Part shown: piece after piece, positions 23,381 to 37,576 of the stretch
Layout of the letters: the number at the start of each line of letters is the position of its first letter
Numbering within the stretch: the stretch's first letter is position 1
Assembly: GCF_006345805.1 (NCBI RefSeq)
Contig: NC_043010.1
Span: forward strand, 49,290,001 to 49,354,000
Length of the DNA: 64,000 nt
From: Octopus sinensis
Lineage: Eukaryota
Direction: 5' to 3'
Translations under genes and position numbers: made by a program
The notes under the pieces: generated by a model
The model's database searches: none
Told to the model about the DNA's origin: nothing
Seen by the model: the letters and a program-made list of their open reading frames with translations, nothing else

Positions 23381-24330
23381 TGTTTTATATAATTTTTTGA
23401 TTTCCAGTGCAATAGTTGTAAAGAAAGCTCAATCTAAAACGAGTGGTTCAAATTCATTCAACTCTACTTTCCTGATAGTTTTTCAGCAGAAAACTGACAG
23501 TTGCCCAAATGGGCAAGTCTCCTCTCTCCATGCTACTGCTGTTATCCAATGGAAAATCCACTTCTTAAAAGCTAATACTGTTTGGAGCCAACTGTTATTC
23601 TAATCGTTGTCAGATCTCAAAGGGCTGGGAGCAATACCACAAGCATCTAGCAGACTGAAAAATCTGCCATCCAAGGTAGGCACTCTATTTATTGACCCCG
23701 AAAGGACAGAAGACAAAGTTGACCTTGGTGGGATATGAACTCGTAACACAAAGAACTAGTGCAAATACTAAAGGACATTCTATCCCATGCTCTAATGACT
23801 CAGCTAATTTCTGATTTGCTGATTCCGTGCCATGAAAAATGGCATAATTCCAATACACTGTAATACAGTCTAGTGATAGCAAAGATGAGAAACAAGCTGT
23901 TATAAGTGTAGTTGTAGCTTTTAATTTTTTCTCTCTGTACTCTCTGCATGTGTGTGTGTGGAGAGAGAGAAAGAGAGAGAGAGAAGGCGAAAGAGAGATG
24001 TATATTGACATACATCGATAAATCTGCCTTTAGGTTTTTAAATTGCTAAATAAGCCAGCCATATTATTTGTAGTTTTCACTTTTACTATTTTTTAAATCA
24101 GCATATGAATTTCAATGGTTTTCTTGTAAGACTGACACAGAGAGGTGAGTTTAACCCTTGGCACAGTAAGAGCCATTGATTAGGATTAAGATGCTCTGCA
24201 TCAAAATCTGAAATCATTGATGATTTGCCTATATCTGTTGGGAGCTTGCCTCCCTTTGTCAGTCATTAAGATAATGCTTTGTGGCTTTTGTTTTGACTCT
24301 TATTTCTAGCAATACTAGTACTACTTATGT

Positions 24331-24662
24331 GAAGGTGCATGGCTCAGTGGTTAGAGCGTCGAGCTTACGATCGCGAGGTTGTGAGCATGAATCCCGGACC
24401 GGGCTGCATGTTGTGTTCTTGAGCAAGACACTTTATTTCACGTTGCTCCAGTTCACTCAGCTGCAGAAATGAGTTGCAACATCACAGGTGCCAAGCTGTA
24501 TCGGCCTTTGCTTTTCCCTTGGATAACACTGGTGGCATGGAGAGGGGAGGCTGGTATGCATGGGCGACTGCTGGTCTTCCATAAACAACCTTGCCTGGAC
24601 TTGTGCCTGGGAGGGTACTTCCTAGGTGCAATCCCATGGTCAGTCATGACCGAAGGGGGTCT
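24331..24662 (+). mobile_element. SINE family E, full length
   Basis: Head GGTGCATGGCTCAGTGGTTAGAGCG; shared with 6838-7213 and 33988-34218. Confidence 0.85.
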
Positions 24663-24768
24663 CAGCAACTAGTACTACTTAGTACCCTCTGTCACTTGGT
24701 GGCGTCTATAAATTTGCCTTTAGGTTGTTAAATTGCTAATCAGCCACTGTATTATTTATATATATATA

Positions 24769-24814
<46 letters not shown>

Positions 24815-25256
24815 TTATACATACATGTATGTTGCATGTACATGTGTGTTTATATGATTGATTGATTCTAGTTTCAGCTCACGAGCTGTGGCCATGCTGG
24901 GGCACCGCCATTTATATACATACACATGCACACATATACACACACAGGCAAATGTGTGTATATGTGTGTGCGTGAGTGGATGTATGTATGCGAGAATGGT
25001 CAAAATGTTTGTTTCACAACTATGGGGTACCGGGTCTGATCCTACTGCATATGTTAGATAAATGTAATTTTTTTGTAGTCCAGTTGATGAAGCCTGAATT
25101 TTCATGTGATATGGGTCAAGAACTAGTGCGAATACTAGTCTTAAACTGACTTGTTATTGCCAGGAAAACTATAAAAAATGGGAAGAGGTTGGGATCTGAT
25201 CCCTGTTGTGTTCTGAGTTCATATCCCACCAAGGTCAGACTCAAATGGCCAGGCCA

Positions 25257-25320
25257 TTTGGGTCTGATGAGTCATCTATACACCTAAGTGCTTTATAGGC
25301 ACGAAACCAATGGTCACTCT
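25257..25320 (+). ncRNA. Type I hammerhead ribozyme motif
   Basis: GGGU-CUGAUGA(25264-25270)-GUCAUCUAUA..CACCUAAGUG..UAUAGGCAC-GAA-ACCAAUGGU-C/ACUC; GUC triplet ending at 25315. Confidence 0.75.
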
Positions 25321-25357
25321 CTCACTGGCCATAACAAACAATCTTCTTAGTATTCTT

Positions 25358-25583
25358 TTATTCCTTTATTTGTTTCAGTCATTTGACCTCGGCCATGCTG
25401 GAGCACTTCCTTTAGTCAAGCAAATCGACCCCAGGACTTATTCTTTGTAAGCCTAGTACTTATTCTATCGGTCTCTTTTGCCGAACCGCTAGGGACATAA
25501 ACACAGCAGCATCGGTTGTCAAGCGATGTTGGGGAGACAAATACAGACACACAAACATGTACACACACACATATATACATACA

Positions 25584-25655
<72 letters not shown>

Positions 25656-25812
25656 CGACGGGCTTCTTTCAGTTTCCGTCTACCAAATCCAGTCACAAGG
25701 CTTTGGTTGGCCCGAAGCTATAGTAGAAGACACTTGCCGAAGGTGCCACGCAGTGGGACTGAACCCAGAACCATGTGGTTCGTAAGCAGGCTACTTACCA
25801 CACAGCCACTCT
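25358..25812 (-). mobile_element. SINE family A
   Basis: Full reverse-complement copy with internal microsatellite. Confidence 0.9.
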
Positions 25813-27234
25813 TATGAAAATTTAAAAGGTAAATACTTACACGTTGTAAGGGAGATAATTACAGATGGCACAATTTTAAACTTCGTTTTATTTTGAAATC
25901 TTTTTTCATAATTTTACTAGTTTTAGCCCCTGGACTGCAGTCCTGCTAGGTCCATCATATAATCTCCTGTCTGTTACTTATTTTTATTGACCATTTCATC
26001 GAAGTTAATGAACATAACGAGACACCATAAAGACAGACACGGAGGCAAACATGTAGTTGTGTGTATGTGTGTGTTTGTGCATGTGTGTGTATACGTGAGT
26101 GTGTGTGTGTGTGTATGTGTGTGTGTGTGCGTGCGTCTGTGGTTGTGTGTATGAGCGTGCGTGCAAGCGTGTGTGCGACCGTGCGCGTGCATATGTATGT
26201 GTGTGTGTGTAGGCCCCTGCGCCATTAGAATCCATATATGGGGCCCATGTTAATATCTAAGTTTGAGAATTTTTTATTCACTCCTGGAAGAATGCATTAA
26301 TTATTTGAGCCTGGCTGTTTGTAGACAGTTGAAAAGAATACTTTTAACAAAAAAAAAAAAAAAATTAAATGATAGCATTTTAGTTGCGGGTGGGTCCCCC
26401 ACCCATTGTAGTTGCGAGTAGGCCTCCTTGTTGTTGAGGGTGGGCCCCCTTAGTCACCTGGCAACCAATATTTTTAGACCCAGTCCGCCACTGATTATAA
26501 GATTAGACTTTCCGCTGCATTCTATTGTTTTGTTTAATAAAATTGCTGTTTCTTCGAAGGTGGGGGTTTGTACTTGGCATTTCCTCGTCGTATGTTAGAA
26601 AAGAGGTCGTATTTATTCAAATTTCAAAAACGATAAACAAAAGTTGCTGTGGAAGAAGCGAGCTACAAAAAAAAAACATTTAACCATTACGATAAAATAT
26701 TTTTGTTGTTAATTCAAATAACAGTGGAAATGATAAACATTTAAATTTTATATTTCAAGAGTTGACTCCCTTGTTTTACTTGATTTCTTTTTTCCTCACT
26801 CGTTGTGCGCTTGTTTTAAAGTGGAACTGTTTCTTGTCTCCCCTTTTTACATATAGTGTTAGCATAGCATCCACTTTACTGTTTGCTTTTCATGCAGTAG
26901 GCCTCACCAAGAATATTTCACTTAATCAATCTCTTCAATTTAGGCAGACGTTTCCACCTATCTGACATTTGACAAGACCACCCAAAATATTGTAAGGTTA
27001 GTAATCATAAATATTATAAATTGTCCACACTTTTACGTAGGTGGTTTCTCAGACTTACAAGTTAGTAATTTACATGACTAATTTATTTAAGAACAATTTA
27101 TATCAGATAGATTATAGATTGTATGAGTACTTATTAAGGAAAACCATCACGCATTAGGTCAGACTTCATACTTATAATAATATATATACACACACATACA
27201 TACATACATACACACATACATACGTACATGCATG

Positions 27235-27277
<43 letters not shown>

Positions 27278-27339
27278 ACCCACACACATGCGCAGAAACA
27301 AACAAAAAGGAACGCAGTGTAAGTAAATAACGGACAGAG

Positions 27340-27480
27340 TCAAGACTATTGAAAAGGTTGCAAGACGCAACGAAAATTTTAGGAAAATAAAAATAAGAAA
27401 TAAGTGGAAATTTTACCGGTGAGTGTATTAAATTATAAGGCACAAAAAGAAAATGACTCTCCTCAGACACAACAGAATAA
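27340..27480 (-). repeat. Dispersed repeat family (copies about 28790-29026 and 48240-48400)
   Basis: Shared AAAATGACTCTCCCCAGACACAAC / AAGTGGAAATTTTACCGGTGAGTG segments. Confidence 0.75.
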
Positions 27481-27579
27481 TATGTACAGTTAAACCAAAA
27501 TTTTGGCTTTTAAAGTTAGCTATAAATGATAGAATAAAGACACTAGCTGAGCGCAACGATTCCACCACTGTTAAGGCTA

Positions 27580-28700
<1,121 letters not shown>

Positions 28701-28844
28701 TATAAAAAGCTATGAAAAAGAAGTGTCCTCGTATAGAAAATATATAGATGTAGAAATACGTTTACATGAATGAAATTATAAATTTCGTTTTTGGATTTGG
28801 TTTGCAAGATTCTTTATTTGAGTTCGTGTGTTGAAGCATATTCT

Positions 28845-29026
28845 GTTGTGTCTGGGGAGAGTCATTTTCTCTCTTGTGCCTTATAATGTAACACACTCAC
28901 CGGTAAAAATTTCCACTTATTCCTTTTTTTTTTTAAATTTTCAAATAAGGAATAAGTGGAAATTTTACCGGTGAGTGTGTTACATTATAAGGCACAAGAG
29001 AGAAAATGACTCTCCCCAGACACAAC
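28845..29026. repeat. Near-perfect 80-bp-arm inverted duplication
   Basis: GTTGTGTCTGGGGAGAGTC...CACTTATTCCTT mirrored after a short T-rich spacer. Confidence 0.9.
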
Positions 29027-29269
29027 AAATTACAAATTATAAATTATAAATTAAGAATTTTAAACTATATGAAGGAAAATGTTAATTTAGAGTTAAAAGG
29101 TGTACGACGCGTGCAAGGGGAATAATTACGAATATAACAGCAGGATTATTCTAAAGGAAGATTATTTTGTAGCAAGTGGAGATAATTGTGATAAAGCTAG
29201 CGGCGAAATAACAACACGATTCTCAGTTATCCATTTGAATGCTTGTGATTGCGTAATGGTATTATAAGC

Positions 29270-29300
<31 letters not shown>

Positions 29301-29570
29301 CATACATACATACATACATACATACATACATACACACACACACATAAGCGCACACACATATCTGTATGCATACACACATTCATGCCCACACGTCTATGCA
29401 TAGCTACGAATGAGCGAGTTTTCATGAAACGGTAGTCCCATCACACACGAATCAAATGTCAGTCTCTTAAAAATAGAATGACACGTTGGACAATGCACTG
29501 TCCGACACAATAGATACGGGAATGGAATGACACTGACTGACGTCGTGGGTGACCCGAAGCAAAACAATTA

Positions 29571-29926
29571 TCTATTATATAAAATCCGTTCTGTCTGTGT
29601 GTGTGTGTGTCTTCTAGGATCTCGGGCATCCTCCATCCGATTGCGCTCAAATTTGATATGTAGATACCGACGGTATCAGGGCGTGTATAAGTTTTGAAAA
29701 AATTACAAAAATCGATTCCAGGTGAGAATGCGATCGATAAAGCATTCTTTGGAATAGAAAAAATGTCTATCTTTATTTCTTCTTTTGCTGGTGTCTCAAA
29801 TTTAGGTCAAATCAGTGTTTCTCAAAGGGGAGGCCTATGGGACGGTCGGACAAGTTGTTTTGGAGAAAATTTGGTTTAATGTTTGACAACTCAGCACCGT
29901 CCATTGGACGGGGAGCGTTTTGCTCG
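29571..29926 (+). mobile_element. Non-autonomous Helitron-like element
   Basis: A|TCTATTATATAAAA start, internal (GT)n, hairpin CCGTCC-ATT-GGACGG, CTCG|T end. Confidence 0.7.
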
Positions 29927-29946
29927 TATATATATATAATATATAT

Positions 29947-29980
<34 letters not shown>

Positions 29981-29992
29981 ATATATATATAT

Positions 29993-32844
29993 CGAAATCT
30001 GCCTTTCAGCTCCTGACCCTCGTCGTGTTAACATCGTTGTTTTCGTCCGCCGCTATAAAGGCTTTTTCCAATGCGCCAGAGAAAAAATTTGTTTGCTTGT
30101 TATCAGTCGTAAGAACTTGTTTGTTTTCACAGTTTCACCGTTAATGCTTCTGTATTTCATTTTCCTGTATTCCATTATTGTTTTTTGTTTTTTTTTTATA
30201 TCTGTCCCTTTTGCTGTCCTGGTGTTCGTATGCATTCGATCCTTCTTCCAGGAAATCTACGCTTCCAGCTTAGTTTTTCTTGGAGGGCTGGCCGTGATCT
30301 AGTAATCTCAAGATTAATCAGCCGAAATTACTACGATGATCCGGTTCTTGACTGAAGACTGAGGGGTTCGAATGTCCTGTCCATGTTTATTGTATCGTCT
30401 TCTATGAGTTATACGTTCTTGTCCATGTTGTATTTTTCTACATACCTTAACATATATTCCAGGCGCCCCGTACCCCCTTTATCATTAATGTGAACACATA
30501 TTCTTAATAATTGGTACGACTCTCTGTTTGTCTCTCTCTCTCTCTCATTTTTTTCTTTCTCTCTATTCATCTTCTCTTTCCTCTGATCCTTTGGTCTAGT
30601 CTTCTTCACTACCCTCCTATTTCTTTGTCTCGCTCTGCACTCACAGGTCATTCTTCGACACCCATCCCTTCTCCTCTCTGATTCCTTCTTTCTCTCTCTT
30701 CTCTCTCTTTGTTGCGTTTTGTCCCCCTTTTCTCTCTCTCTCTTCCTTTGCCTCTCTTTTTTTCTTTTCCCTCTTCTCGTCACGTGACTGTTGGCCGAAA
30801 TCTGCCTTTCAGCTCCTGAACCCTCGTCGTGTTAACATCGTTGTTTTCGTCCGCCGCTATAAAGGCTTTTTCCAATGCGCCAGAGAAAAAATTTGTTTGC
30901 TTGTTATCAGTCGTAAGACACTTGTTGTTTTCACCGTTAATGCTTCTGTATTTCATGTTTTGTATTCCATTATTTTTTTTTTTTTTTTTTTTTTTATCTG
31001 TCCCTTTTGCTGTCCTGGTGTTCGTATGCATTCGATCCTTCTTCCAGGAAATCTACGCTTCCAGCTTAGTTTTTCTTGGATGGCTGGCCGTGATCTAGTA
31101 ATCTCAAGATTAATCAGCCGAAATTACTACGATGATCCGGTTCTTGACTGAAGACTGAGGGGTTCGAATGTCCTGTCCATGTTTATTGTATCGTCTTCTA
31201 TGAGTTATACGTTCTTGTCCATGTTGTATTTTTCTACATACTAACCTTAACATATATTCCAGGCGCCCCGTACCCCCTTTATCATTAATGTGAACACATA
31301 TTCTTAATAATTGGTACGACTCTCTGTTTGTCTCTCTCTCTCTCTCTCATTTTTACTTTCTCTCTATTCATCTTCTCTTTCTCTGATCCTTTGGTCTAGT
31401 CTTCCACTACCCTCCTCCATTTCTTTGTCTCGCTCTGCACTCACAGGTCATTCTTCGACACCCATCCCTTCTCCTCTCTGATTCCTTCTTCTCTTCTCTT
31501 CTCTCTCTTTGTTGCGTTTTGTCCCCCTTTTCTCTCTCTCTCTTCCTTTGCCTCTCTCTTTCTTTTCTTTTCCCTCTTCTCTGTCACGTGACTGTTGGCC
31601 GAAATCTGCCTTTCAGCTCCTGACCCTCGTCGGGTTAACATCGTTGTTTTCGTCCGCCGCTTAAAGGCTTTTTCCAATGCGCCAGAGAAAAATTTTTTGC
31701 TTGTTATCAGTCGTAAGACACTTGTGTTTTCACCGTTAATGCTTCTGTATTTCATGTTTCTGTATTCCATTATTGTTTTTTTGTTTTTTTTTTATATCTG
31801 TCCCTTTTGCTGTCCTGGTGTTCGTATGCATTCGATCCTTCTTCCAGGAAATCTACGCTTCCAGCTTAGTTTTTCTTGGGGCTGGCCTGATCTAGTAATC
31901 TCAAGATTAATCAGCCGAAATTACTACGATGATCCGGTTCTTGACTGAAGACTGAGGGGTTCGAATGTCCTGTCCTGTTTATTGTATCGTCTTCTATGAG
32001 TTATACGTTCTTGTCCATGTTGTATTTTTCTACATACCTTAACATATATTCCAGGCGCCCCGTACCCCCTTTATATCATTAATGTGAACACATATTCTTA
32101 ATAATTGGTACGACTCTCTGTTTGTCTCTCTCTCTCTCTCTCATTTTTACTTTCTCTCTATTCATCTTCTCTTTCTCTGATCCTTTGGTCTAGTCTTCCA
32201 CTACCCTCCTCCTATTTTTTGTCTCGCTCTGCACTCACAGTCATTCTTCGACACCCATCCCTTCTCCTCCTCTGATTCCTTCTTTCTCTCTTCTCTCTCT
32301 TTTCTTTGTGCGTTTTTGTCCCCCTTTTCTCTCTCTCTTCCTTTGCCTCTCTTTCTTTTCTTTTCCCTCTTCTCTGTCACGTGACTGTTGGCCGAAATCT
32401 GCCTTTCAGCTCTCCTGACCTCGTCGTGTTAACATCGTTGTTTTCGTCCGCCGCTATAAAGGCTTTTTCCAATGCGCCAGAGAGAAAAAATTTGTTTGCT
32501 TGTTATCAGTCGTAAGACACTTGTTGTTTTCACACGTTAATGATGCTTCTGTATTTCATGTTTCTGTATTCCATTATTGTTTTTTGTTTTTTTTTTATAT
32601 CTGTCCCTTTTGCTGTCCTGGTGTTCGTATGCATTCGATCCTTCTTCCAGAAATCTACGCTTCCAGCTAGTTTTTTCTTGGAGGGCTGGCCGTGATCTAG
32701 TAATCTCAATTAATCAGCCGAAATTACTACGATGATCCGTTTCTTGACTGAAGACTGAGGGGTTCGAATGTCCTGTCCATGTTTATTGTATCGTCTTCTA
32801 TGAGTTATACGTTCTTGTCCATGTTGTATTTTTCTACATACCTT

Positions 32845-32845
<1 letters not shown>
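29993..32845. repeat. Tandem array, about 800-bp unit x 3.6, bounded by (TA)n
   Basis: CGAAATCTGCC unit starts at 29993, 30796, 31600, 32393. Confidence 0.95.
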
Positions 32846-32883
<38 letters not shown>

Positions 32884-33169
32884 GTAAAGCGGTGGAGGAC
32901 AATGCTAGCTGCTATGGCATGGCTAGAGATAGAGGAAAAGTTAATGACAAGAGGAAGCGTGAACAGGAGTATGGTGAGATGTTCACTAATACCTGTAAGC
33001 GAGAAAGAGCCTGAAGTATAGAGCCTGGAGTATAGACAAAACCGTTGTAGTTCAGGCTTCCGCCGCTAGAAGCCACCTGACCCTCAGACATTAGTCTGCC
33101 GACCGAAGTCGTTATGTAAAGTTGTACTGCCACGTTTTTGTTTTACTGTGCTTCTCCCCTGCTCGTTGA

Positions 33170-33420
33170 CTTTTGCGATAGCTGAAACGGAGGAACAACG
33201 TGCTTCCGTGAAATTCTGTTTTCTATTGGGGAAAACGGCGACTGGAACAGTTGTCATACTTCAAACAACTTAGAAGGACGCTGCCATGAGCAAAACACAA
33301 GTTTACGGGTGGTTTCCACGCTTTAGGAATGGTCGCTTGTTGCTTGAAGAGCAACTCGTTCAGGAAGGCTGTCGACCAGCTGGATGAATGAAAACATCAT
33401 GGAAATTCATGAACGACAGG
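33170..33420 (+). pseudogene. mariner transposase N-terminal HTH remnant
   Basis: EEQRASVKFCFLLGKTATGTVVILQTT*KDAAMSKTQVYGWFPRFRNG...RSGRLSTS..NENI. Confidence 0.85.
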
Positions 33421-33423
33421 CGC

Positions 33424-33576
33424 AGGTAAGTAGCTTGCTTACCAACCACATTGTTCCAGGTTCAGTCCCACTGCGTGGCATCTTGGGCAAGTGTCTTCTA
33501 CTATAGCCTCGGGCCGACCAAAGCCTTGTGAGTCGATTTGGTTGACGGAAACTGAAAGAAGCCCGTCGTATATATG

Positions 33577-33620
<44 letters not shown>

Positions 33621-33750
33621 CGCGCGCGCGCGCGCGTGTGTGTCTATATTTGTCCCCCCTAGTATTACTTAGCGGTTCGGCAAAAGAGACCGATAGAATA
33701 AGTCCCGGGGTCGATTTGCTCGACTAAAAGGCATGGCCGCAGTCAAATAT
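33424..33750 (+). mobile_element. SINE family A (followed by a further partial copy about 33855-33990)
   Basis: Match to the family A body. Confidence 0.85.
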
Positions 33751-33987
33751 ATAGTTTCATTGTACAATTTCATTTGTATTTGTTTATGTTGTTTTGTGGG
33801 ATATACTATGTGGATAAATCTACATTGTTCCTGGTTCACTCCCAGTACATGGTACATTGGGCAAGTGTCCTACTATAGCCTCGGGCCATCCAAAGGCTTG
33901 TGATTTTGTTGACGGAAACTGAAATAAGTATCTCGCATATATTGACCGCCAGTGTTGGTGTGTCTACGTCCGATAGAATAAGTTCCA

Positions 33988-34218
33988 GGCTGTATGTTGT
34001 GTTCTTGAACAAGACACTTTATTTCACATTGCTCCAGTTCACTCATCTGTAAAAACGAGTTGCGACGTCACTGGTGCCAAGCTGTCTCGGCCTTTGCCTT
34101 TTCCTGGGACAACCTTGGTGGTATGGAGACGGGACACTGATATTTATGGTCTTCCATAAACAACCTTGCCCAGACTTGTGCCTCGGAGGGGAACTTTCTC
34201 ATGACCGAAGGGGGTCTT
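33988..34218 (+). mobile_element. SINE family E, 5'-truncated
   Basis: Match to 24410-24662. Confidence 0.8.
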
Positions 34219-35274
34219 TACCATTTAAGTCTATATTTTATAGAATGTATATATTGCAGTATTTATGTTAGTGATTGCGGTTTGTGTGAAAATCAGCAAA
34301 CCTTGATTTTATTCCCTGGTAGAGTTGGTTCCGTTAGCCTTGTAGGCATATAATGTTTGCATATCTTAGAATCCCATGACCTGATTAGCTCCCGCTCATT
34401 GTGATTCCTTCATAAGCAAACGTACAATGTTTATTATGTCAGCTGAAAGCTGTCACATGGCCAAGATTTCAAGATGAGGCGGTGCTTCAAAAACATTTAT
34501 TGTTTGATTGAGCCTACGACCAAGTATAAAAATAGTTTGTCTTGTTTGTTTGTTTTTCCCCCGTCCAAAAGACCAGTTGCGATCAAGAAATGAACAGGTG
34601 CAGTCAAGAAGCAGAAGTGACGGACAAGTTACTGACAAATGGGAACATGACACGAATGCAGAAACCGAACGTTTCTGACAAACAGAACATCAGTCAGAGA
34701 CTGCATGTACTAACTTCTTTCTTAAGCCCAAGTTGTGTTACTAATATCCATATACAAATGTTCCCGTTGCTCACTTATTTATTTTTTCATCCTTACACAT
34801 GCGAAATTCCCTTTGGTGACGCAACAGCAAGTTGGGTTGTTGTTTCTAGTAAAACAATATTTAAAAAAAAAAAAACGCTTCTTTGCCACACTTACACTAA
34901 ATCTGTGGAAAAACTAAACGACAAACATTTCGCTGTTTAATATGACAAAACTAATTCATTTATCGTATGTTTACGGAGAATATTCTCTAGTGATGAAATT
35001 TCAAACGCCTTACGTGACTAATTGTTTTTTTTTGTTCTTTTTTTTTAGCAAAATATTTCGCTGCTGTAGATTGCACAGCCAAATGTTCATTCTAACAAAA
35101 AGAAAACAAACACTATGAACTGAGTAAACAGTAAATTTCGGCATACCTATACAAGTGTCAGTGGAGGCGTGTGGCTTAGTGGTTAGGGGTGTTGGATTAT
35201 GGTTTCAATTCCTCGATCAGGCGATGTGTTGTGTTTTTGAGTAAAACACTGCACTTCACGTTTTGCTGCAGCTT

Positions 35275-35627
35275 GTTTGTTTGTTGAGCGAAGCGGTCTT
35301 CGCCCGATTAGTGGGAGAATTTTTTTAATGTGGTCCTTTGCTATTCGTAAGACCCGCAGAAGAGAAAGCAGGTCAACCCCCGACACCGAGAGCATCGACG
35401 GATGGATGAATGCGCAGCCAGGCTCAGCGGTTGCGTAGGAAGTCGGGGACAAAAAACCAGAAGAAAGAGTGAGAGAAAGAGTACAACAGGGGTCGCCACC
35501 ACCCACTGCCTCGTGGAGCTTTAGGTGTTTTCGCTCAATAAACACACACAACGCCCGGTCTGGGAATCGAAACCGCGATCCTCCGACCGCGAGTCCGCTG
35601 CCCTAGCCACTGGGGCATTGCGCCTCC
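35275..35627 (-). mobile_element. SINE with family D head but different 3' body, nested inside another SINE (35160-35740)
   Basis: Head matches 63437-63560; TTGCTGCAG occurs on both sides (about 35263 and 35634) as a possible target duplication. Confidence 0.65.
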
Positions 35628-35785
35628 ACTCGTTGCTGCAGTCCACTCAGCTGGCAAAAATAAGTAGTCCTGCGATGGACTGGGGTTTTGTCCAAGGGTG
35701 GGGGAAATATATGTGCCACTGAAATCGGGAAACCTACCCTATGAGTCTCTCTTTCTTCTCTCTTTTTTTCTCTCTCTCTCTTTTT

Positions 35786-35821
<36 letters not shown>

Positions 35822-35840
35822 ATGTATATGTATATATATA

Positions 35841-35887
<47 letters not shown>

Positions 35888-36364
35888 ATATACATATGTT
35901 GTGTGTGTGTGTGGTGTGTCGTATATGTATATATAGTCGTATATGTATATATATGCGTATCTGCTTATGTGTGTGTGTGTTTGTCCCTCGCCATCGCTTG
36001 ACAACCGATGCTGGTGTGTTTATGTCCCCGTAACTTATCGGTTTGGCAAAAGAGACTGATAGAATAAGTACTAGGCTCACAAAGAATAAGTCCTGTGGTC
36101 GATTTCTTCGACTAAAACCCTTTAAGGCGGTGCTCCAGCATGGCCGTAGTCACACGACTGAAACAAGTTAAAGAATAGAAGAACATACATACATACATAC
36201 CTACATACATACATACATACATACATACATACATACATACATACATACATGTGTGTCTGTGTATTATGTAATATATATGTTGCATTTTATGGGTCCACAC
36301 ACGGCTGTTGCTGAGAAATATTCAACTATACAGTAGTTATAAAGAATGATCTAAATCTTATTGG

Positions 36365-36635
36365 AATATAATCATCATCATCATTGTTCGACCGTGGTCG
36401 AGACAATGGAATTTACCATGCTACGCCAGACTTCACGGTCCATCATGGCATCACGGAGGTCCTGTTGCTGGATGCCTGTATCCCTGGAGATTACATCAGG
36501 GTAGGAGAGTGTGCGCCCTCTGGTATTGCGAGTAGATGGCTTCCAGAGGAGAAGAGTAGAAATTACTTCTTTTTCAGCTCTACAACAATGTCCAGCAAAC
36601 TGGACTCTCCTACCTTTCACATATAAACTGAGCAA
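36365..36635 (-). mobile_element. RTE-like LINE 3' end with (TGA)n tail
   Basis: RRVQFAGHCCRAEKEVISTLLLWKP...RGRTLSYPDVISRDTG...AMMDREVWR, then TGATGATGA. Confidence 0.85.
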
Positions 36636-37576
36636 CTGAAAGCTAGTGTGCGGTGCAGAAACAAATGTTGTGATCCATGATCAAAACCTGATATTTTCCA
36701 TCTTCCTGTTATATCATTTTAACATAAAATGATGTGTGTGTGTGTGTGTGTATGTATTATATAAGTGTGTCGTATGATCGTTCCACAGTATATTGACGTA
36801 CACCTATGTACATAAAATGTCACACTTTTTTATGTTTTCAGATAAAAAAAAAAAAAAATTGTGAATAACAGAAACGGGACGCGCAACTGCAGAATTTAAA
36901 AAAAAATAAAATATTGTTTGGCAATCGCTTTGATTTATTGGTCTTACTTCATTTAAATATATTTTATTTGTTACGCATGGTTACGATGAGACGGGGAAGA
37001 AAAACGAGAGAATAGCAAACAGTTTTACACATAGACGCACGCATGCACACAGAGAAACAAGCAAACACACACACACACACACACACGTTTGGATCGGATA
37101 ACGCTGTCCTGTATTTTTAAAATGTCTGACATTACGAAGCGAAATATAGGAGAAATGACGTCAGACTTTTTTTTGATTTTGAATGAAAACATTAGCATTA
37201 CAGCTGGAAGCCAAACTGAGAAGAGCGCCATTGGGCGTTCTGTCTATCAAAGTCTGTATTACGTCATAATTAATATTGATTTCGAGGCAGAATAGAGGAC
37301 TAAATTGTTTCTACGTTTCGTCCTTCTATCTCTATACGAATTCAAATTCCACAGGAGTTAGTTTTCGCCTTTCATCTAAACAGGGTCGATAAATTAAGTA
37401 GCTGTCATATACTAAATTCAAATCAATACAATTTTACCTCTCTCTTGCAAATATTTGGTTCTGTGCGAATGTGAGAAATTGCATTTAGTGATTGCACAAG
37501 ACCATAATAGCTACAAACACGAGAAAATTGAACTGTGTGGTGTTTGTGTTTGTGCATTTCTCGACGGCAGTGACTA

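Noticed and set aside
29993-32845. Differences between array units as evidence of evolutionary divergence
   Set aside because: Most are homopolymer or 1-2 nt indels typical of long-read consensus error, so unit age cannot be read from them.
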